A stretch of 64,000 bases of DNA from Klebsormidium nitens (Eukaryota > Plantae > Klebsormidiophyceae): NCBI GenBank assembly GCA_000708835.1, contig DF237435.1:5306-69305 (forward strand), given 5' to 3'. Position numbers and translations under genes: made by a program. This document shows positions 53,536-61,385 of this stretch, in pieces. Position 1 is the stretch's first letter, and each line of letters begins with the position of its first letter. Below the pieces are notes generated by a model. It did not search any database. It was not told where the DNA came from and worked only from the letters and a program-made list of their open reading frames with translations.

Positions 53536-55178
53536 TGTGTATCACACCATTAGCTACCCTCCTGGGATCCCCCTCAGCATACACACTGTGCCCAGAAGGT
53601 GCACCAATCTTTCGGCACCAATTTGAACGCCTGAGGAGAGTCTAAAAGCGGCTCTTTTGCGCCCATTCACCCATTTCAAGCTGTGCTTTCTTAGGCAACT
53701 TCAACTTCAAGCTCTTGCATGCATGACCACTTGACTTGACTTGACTGGCGCTTCCGGCGCCTCGCGACCACTGGCAGCTGCACCAGCTGCTATCAACCAT
53801 GGACCTCTAGACCACCACTGAGGTAAGAAGTGGCCACCCTCCTCTACCTATGTAGGGATGTCGGAAGAATTTTCGGGGGTATGGCCAGTCTGTTCTGCAG
53901 CAAGTATCATGTAGTGAACGGCCCCCCAGCCAGACCCAAGTCTGTCAGGTTCAGAATTCTTGGCATTCGACGACCCCAGCCAGTTCGAAAAGGGACTTCC
54001 ACAGGTTTCCGTTTGAGCGTTACATCCCGTTGACTTTTCGACGAGGACTGACGTGGCAGGTTAGTCTGAAAACCGATGAACTGGTCAAGCGAGCCTAACT
54101 TCCCTCAGGACTGCGGAACAATGGCTTCCTCCCTGTTCACCATGGTTATGGCTCCCTCAAGCCTACCTCTTCGACATGGTGCACCTGTTGAGTGTAATCA
54201 ATCAGGTGTTTCTTTCTTTTTCTTATAGAGCTGTAATGCTACGGAGTCTTCTGGGCTGAAAGCAGTCAGAGGCTGACTTAGCATTACACTCCAGACTGAA
54301 GACAGGGGGGCTTGGTGTTCTGTCAGGAACCCTGTGGACACAGGCGTCTGCCCACGCCACCTCAGCTAAAGTTGCTTCGTTGTCATCTGGGCAATGATGA
54401 CTTGGACTCTTTGAGACCATTAGGCCTGGATTTGACAAAGGATTGAGACTGCAGTAGTCATCCATGTCTAGTTGCCAGGGGGGAATGCCAGGCAAAGTGT
54501 TCTGCACAAAGCAAGCACAGAACTTAGGCTCTAGTTTCACTAGCGGCGGACGGCACAAGGTTTTCTTTTTCAAATTCGCTGATTGGCTCCGGCTACATCG
54601 GAACATCTCTACCGCGCTTCCACTAGCGGTTGTGCCGGCGGAACTCGAATAAAATTTGATGACGTAAGCGGCACAACAACTAATTAAGTTCGACCCTAGT
54701 GCCACCTTGGGTCGAACTAAATTGTTTTTGTGCCGGCCTCCCATGTGGTCCGATGGACCACTCACATAGCGCCAGGTCCTCAAGTTGGCGGGCACATTTC
54801 GCGCCAGCTACGGTGCACTCCGCAGAGTCTGCACTGGCAGCACAACTGCTCTTGACACATCTGTGGTGAAAGCAGAAGCTCGTCAGCCTTCAGGTGGCGC
54901 GGGAGAGGTTTAGGGGTTTGCCTGCCACCGTGGCACGTTTGGAGACTCTTGTGCCGGCGGTTGTGCCGCGACGCAGTTTCACTGGCGGCCGGCAGAACTG
55001 CAATTTTTTCGCATTTTTTGGACTTCCGGGCAAGTTCCAGGCACCAAATAATTAAATTTAATGTTGTGCCGTCCGCCGCTAGTGAAACTAGAGCCTTAGA
55101 AGGGGATGCTGCCAATACCAATGCCATTGCTGGACACCATGGACGGGCTGTTGTCTTTGCTTTTAGGTTGGGATCACC

Positions 55179-58100
55179 TTGAAAATGCCTAGGAAGAGTG
55201 CAAATCAGAAGAAAGTTGCCAGCGCAAGCGCAGCCAGGTGGAAAGCCCAAAAGCAGGAGAAGGAGCTAGAGGCCTTGCGTGTAGAGGTTGCTGACACTTC
55301 AGTCACACTTGAAGCAGCTGCAGCCTCTCACTCCCTACAACTGACTCAAGAAAGGGCTCTTCATGCTGCTGAGATTGAGCAGGTTAGACTTGAATGTGAA
55401 GCAAAGCTCCAAGAGCAAAGAGAAGAAAAAGCAGAACAGGTTGCTTGCCTGACTGAAACATTGGCAGAGTTGATTGAACTGCATGAAACTCTTCAAGCAG
55501 ATGCTTTAGATTATGAGGCCCTAGAAGAAGAGCGTCTTGATGCAGAACTGCAGATTGAGGAGCTAAAGGGCTGCTTATCGAGGAAAGAGGTTGAAGTTGA
55601 AAGTCTGAACGACCAGATCGCTGTCACAGTTGAGCAGAGACGTTTGCTTATTGAATCACTTACTGCTAGAGAGTCTGGGGGCATAAGCACCGAAAAAGTA
55701 AGGCAGCTTATACTGCTCTTGATCAAGAAATCAAAAACTTGATTCAACAAAAGAATAGGATGGTCAAGAGACTTGAGAAAGCGAGGGAGCAGAGGGAGGC
55801 TGGTCTTCTGCTCAAACTCACTAATACAGAGTTGAAGTTGGAGCTCAAAGCTAAAGAAGCAGATCTGTTTGAACTTGAGGCAACTCATGCAGCCCATGAT
55901 CTTGAACTTCTAAAGCAGGCAAAGCAAGAAGCAGTGGATCAGATTGAGAAACTCGTGCACGAGAATAGACTATCTCGAGCTAGGGAGGCATACGCTAAGG
56001 ACAAGAACTCTGAACTTAGGACTGAAGTGGAAGAGAAAACCCATCAGTTAGACGAAGCTTTGAAGAAACACAAGCAGGATCTAGAAAACCTTTTGAAAGG
56101 CACCAACGTCAACACTAAGCGAGGGCGCATCTTTACTGACTCTGTTAGGACTGTGTATTACAAACTGATCGCCCTCAACGTTCCAACGAACAGAATCCAT
56201 GAAATCATTAGAGCAATATTGGGGGAGTTTGCTCCAGATGTAAAGCTTGGAAACCTGCCTTCAAGAACCACTGCATCGCACTTCAGGAAAGAGTGCGTAG
56301 GACTTGCATATCAGCAGACAGCAGATATCCTTGGAGGGTCCGGCGCGCATAAGTATCAGACTCTAAATGTAGACGAGGCTTCTAAGCAGAAGAAAGGTTT
56401 TCTTGCGACGGTGCAGACCACCATCATTGATGGTCAGCGCAAGTCGTTCGTCTTGGGTTTGAAAAGGACGTTCCACAAGACGGCAGTAGGCGCGTTGGGT
56501 AACTTTGAGAAGTTGCTTGAGGACATTCAGCTTGTCAATAGCAGAAGACTGGGACCTGGGGAGACGCTCAGACTGATCGTCAACATTCTTGAGTACACGG
56601 TGAACTCCCAAACAGACCGGGGCGCTTCTGTGCTCAAGTTTGTCACTGAACTCTTTCCAAAGTTCCGCGCAACTTTCCTTGCAAACTACAAGGAGGGGTG
56701 GGCCGACTTGACTCCTGAACAGCAGAAGCGTCTTTCAACAATTGTTGCGCACGATTGCAACAATCACTTCTGGCACAATGTTGGCGTCGCGGCTCTCAAA
56801 GGTCTGCATGACTTTGAGAACACCTACTTTGCTGAGGCAGCGGCGGCGGTCAGGGGCAAGGGGCATGCTTGCGCGGCTGAAGCTGCCGTCTGGGCGGCCA
56901 TGAAGGACTTTTCTTGGCGCGCTTCCGAACAATCCGGCTTCGGGGCGCAGGTTCTCATTGAGTGGCTGGAGCAGATGACAGACAAGCATTTCGAGGACGC
57001 CGATTTTAAGGCGCAGCTCGGAAACCGCTTCAATGTGGTTTACGAGAATGCTGGTGGGCTCTACCACCTATTGGACGGCATCCTGGGCTTCTATGAAGGT
57101 TAGTCACTCTGGGCAATTATCTTCACTGAAGGATTAAGTGTTGTCCAGACTCATCAGTCAGTGTTCAGTGTTCTTTACTTGGCAATTGTCCGGGTAAGAT
57201 AGTAACTTGGCTGGCGGCATCTCAGTCTGGGGTTGTGTCAGGATGAGTTGGTAAGGCACTGATTGCATTCAGCCAGTTAGGACCAATCAGAAGCGGTGCA
57301 CTTAAAAGCCAAGAAAGTTTGCGTGTTCGTGAGCAACCTGTTTTGGTCAAGGCGCAGTGCACCTTAGTCTGGACAATAATTCTTAGTGAGCATTCTCTTT
57401 CAGTCAAGGTGCGGTGACTGGAGGATAAGGTGCTCTTGTTCTGGACTCCCAGCGCTCAGTTCAAAGATAGTTTCGTTGACAATTTGTTTCCTTCCTACAG
57501 AATCTTCGAGCACCTCAGCCGCAACGGGCGGCTACTTCAACCTACTCCATGTGGCGGTGGCTGCTCAGCTGTCCGATCCTGTCATCCAGGCACAACTCCG
57601 CGTCATGGGCCTCATCAACGCCCAGATCTTTCACCCCTGGTTCAAGAGGATCCACCAGCATGGCAACATTTTGGCGCTGAACGCACTGTACAAGAAGCAA
57701 CGGGAGGACCTGGCGGCGCTGGTGGAAGACCCGTCCCATTTCATGGACGGCTCTTACCAAGCACTGCCGGACCTGCCGACAACCAGAGACAAGATTTTCG
57801 AGTCTCTCATAGCCCCAAGTAAGCTTTTTAACTTTGGTAGTCCTTTGCACTTCACGTGTCCTCTTGGGAAGTGATGACCTGTAGGTGCTAAAAAATAAGA
57901 TGGTGACGGGATCAGCGCGGGCACTTTGTTCAGGACATGTGCAATGAATTTCTCTTCTCGTCAAGCTTACCCCACTTGGCTGCTTCATTTGCGTCATGGC
58001 GTTTTTGTGACGTCACTGTAGGTAGTCCACTGTTGAATTTGCGATGTCACTACAGGGCCACTTTAAGATTCCTTGTCTACTCCTCCAGATCACAACCTTG

Positions 58101-60076
58101 AAGTCAGTTTGGCTCTGGCTATAGGGTGCTCTGATTGGTGTCGTCTTTCAGTCTGTGCGGATTCTCAATTCCGTCCGTACTGGTGATCTTCGTAACCCGA
58201 ACATAATCACCTTTTTTCACGACCTTTCTTCACAGGTGCGAACGACGCGATGGTGAAGGACATGCTCGTGTACAGCCTCGGAGCGGTGCTTGCCTACCTG
58301 CAAGTGGTGAAGGAGCAGTACCTGCCGGGAGGAGACTTGTGGGAGCCGGACGAAGAGACCTTTCGGATGGCAGAATCGGTGCCGCTGCACACGGATAGGG
58401 TAGAGGGGGTTTTCGCTCAAGTCGAGTCGATTCTCCGGAGGTCGCCGCGCATGAGCATGCTGACCGCTGAAGGGCAGGTGCTCGTCACTGCCAACAAGAC
58501 CATCGCTTGGTTGGTGAAGCAGGCGGACAAGGCGGACATCATCACAGCGGCGCGCAAAAGCGTGTCGGGCTTGGAGAAGAGCGCGAAAGACCAGGAGACC
58601 GAGGGGCGTGAAGACCGCCAGGCGGAGCGCGCGCGTGTGCTCGCTCTAGCGGCCCAGAAGCTTCTCGCCGAGCAGGTCGAACGTGCCCGTCTGTGCGACG
58701 CTCTGGAGGAGCTTCGCTGGTGGAAGACTGCGGACGACATCGACGCAGGGCTGGCTCGAGTCGAGGTGAAGCTCCGTGAAGAGAGTCCCGACCTGCACGG
58801 GAGGTCGTTCGATGCTGCTTTGAGGGGGGAAAAGAAGGACGCGTTGATCGTCCAGCTGCAAGGGTTGCAGAAAATTAGGAAACTGGGGGCGCCGGCAGGG
58901 AACCCAAGCGCGTTTCAGAAAAGCAAGGGGGGTAAGGACTTTACAGTGGACGAATTGATAGCGAATCTTCTCAGCGTCCTGACTTCCGGTCGACAGCCAG
59001 CCCCAGCAGTTGGGGAACTAGACGAGAATGGGGACGAGGTTCTTCCTCCGGGGCGGCGGACTGTACGCCCGGTCGAACAGCAACAGCTCTTGCGAGAGCG
59101 AGACGCTGAGACCAGGCGGGTTGCTATTCTGTCAGCGCAGGAGCGGCGGGCGCTTGAGGATGAAGCAAAGGCGAAGGAGTTGGAAAAGAAGGAGGCGGAG
59201 AAGAGGGCAGCGGCAGAGGCTCGGGCAGAAACTTTGCGGCTCAAGACGGAGGCCGCAACGTTGGCTAAAGAGAAACGGGCCGCTGAGCGGGCAGCCGCCA
59301 AGGAGGAGAGGCTTCGACAAAGGAGGGGCCTGGGGGCTCAAACGGGGCAGGGAATGTTAGAGGCAGACGCAAATTTAGAGGAGCAGCCGGGGGGCAGCCC
59401 CGAGCACGAGCAAGAGGAGCGCGCGGGCGCGGAGGAGCAGCCCGGGGGCAGCCCCGAGCGCGAGCAGGACGAAGGCGCCGGGGCGGAGGAGCAGCTCGGG
59501 GGCAGCCCCGAGCGCGAGCAGAACGAAGGCGCCGGGGCGGAGGAGCAGCCCGGGGGCAGCCCCGAGCGCGAGCAGGACGAAGGCGCCGGGGCGGAGGAGC
59601 AGCCCGGGGGCAGCCCCGAGCGCGAGCAGGACGAAGGCGCCGGGGCGGAGGAGCAGCACGGGCAGTACGAAGGCGCGGACGCGAAGGAGCAGCCCGGGGG
59701 CAGCCCCGAGCACGGAGCCCATGTGAGCGCGGGCGCAGAAAAGCAGCCGGGGGGCAGCCCCGAGCAGAGCCAGAACTTAGTCGGGTGCACGGCGCAGGAA
59801 CAGCGTGGGGGAGAAGCCGAGCACGGTCAAGTCGATCGGGCGGAAGGGGGGGGTGAACACAATCAAGGCGAGGTTGTGCGTGCGCCAGACGAGCAGGCGA
59901 CATGGGAAAGCTCGGTATTGGGCGGCGTCGTGGTCGGCCGCAGAAAACGAAGGTCGAACCAGAAAAGGAGACCGAGGAAAGTCTTGCTCGGGTCACCAAA
60001 TGCGGAAGCGGTCACAATTGGCAAACGCAAAAGAGCTCCTACTAGGGATGCAATGTTTGACTATAATGAGCATTAG
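55179..60076 (+). pseudogene. Transposase (RNase H-like DDE with CxxH), two introns and one apparent frameshift, about 1360 aa if repaired
   Basis: Segments 55179-~55680 (coiled coil), ~55681-57098, 57501-57818, 58236-60076; introns 57099-57500 and 57819-58235 are GT-AG phase 1. Putative catalytic D (LNVD, 56372), D (QTDRG, 56615), CNNH (56756), GNRFN, E (DRVEG, 58403). Frames shift near the G5 run at ~55677-55681. Confidence 0.75.
59378..59775 (+). repeat. 54-bp coding minisatellite (EEQPGGSPEREQDEGAGA, five full units plus degenerate copies) in the transposase tail
   Basis: Unit gaggagcagcccgggggcagccccgagcgcgagcaggacgaaggcgccggggcg repeated in tandem with few substitutions. Confidence 0.95.
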
Positions 60077-61385
60077 TTGAGTTGTCAGTTATTTATTGAT
60101 TCTATCATTTGAGTAGCTTCCAACTTTCACATTGCACATTAAGTATTGATCAAACGACCTAGCAAATAAAATGGATGTAGCATTGGCTTTCAATGAATGA
60201 TCGGATCAGATCAGATGCGCTGCGACGGTTGTGTTTCTAGATGCCGGCGCCGTTCTTCCAGATGTATATTGCGTTTTCTCTGCATCGCGGTCATGTATCA
60301 ATATAACGTCAAGCATTGAAGGCTCAATCATGATTCAAAGAAATTGAATACGATCGAAGTTTGAACGATCGAATGGTTGATACGTTGTACAGTTTAACAA
60401 TTAAAATAGCGGACTATGATATAGAAATCGGGGTACATGATATATGAATGCCGTTTATATGAACGCCCAACTATGAATATGATTCTATCAATATCAGTGC
60501 CGTTTATGCCATAAACGCACGGGCGTGATCAATATGTTTTCGGATTCATTGAGGACTTCGGTGTTTATGGTATACATATTGCCATCATGAAAGTTGACAT
60601 GATCTGAACCATTCCGATTTAAAACACTGTGGCCATCATGATTGACTAAATATATCTGGATTTTGGCTTACTAAAATAAGAAATTCCAGTGCACATATTA
60701 AATTCGTAAGTGGTACCGAGCATGCATTGACTCGACGCCATCAATCACATATAAATAATCTAGATTGATTTAGTGGCGGGCCAACTTGCCTACGTTTGGT
60801 AACACATTCAAGAGCAGTCACTAGAGCAGGCTCGTTGCATGGCAAAATGTCGGAAGGCAAACGCCTGGTTGACTATTATATGATGGTCAGCAAGTAGCAA
60901 AATGGGCAGCAAAAATACTGTGTTGACGTGAATCGAACCCGAGTGATCTTGGCAAAGTCGAACCATTGCGCTGCATCAAAGACTTTAAATTCATGAGAAA
61001 AAATATTTATGTACTAAATTGAGCCTACAGCCGAGCTTGCCTAGGCTAGCACGTAAATCGGTCCGATCAAGCAAGTAAATCGGTCCGGTCACTGGTCAGC
61101 CCCCGAATCGGTCTGGATCCTAACCGATCATGCAGTACCGGTCGCGCGCGCATTCCTGCCGGTGCGGACGGTACGATTTGGTCCGGACACAGAAATTTGA
61201 GAGCCGTCCGCAGAAAGTTCGATCGACCAGTTGACCACGGTCCTCAGCCAAGGAAGTCGCGGTCAACGGGCCGGAGCCTCGGAAAGTGAATTTTCGAACC
61301 TGCCGAAACTTGACTTACCTGGGGGTTCGAACTGAGTAAAACGCTTCCCGCGCAGACTGGACCTACCCCCCCGGCACCGTTAAAA

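Noticed and set aside
59378-59775. CRISPR-like array
   Set aside because: Contiguous in-frame coding repeats with no unique spacers, in a eukaryotic transposase.
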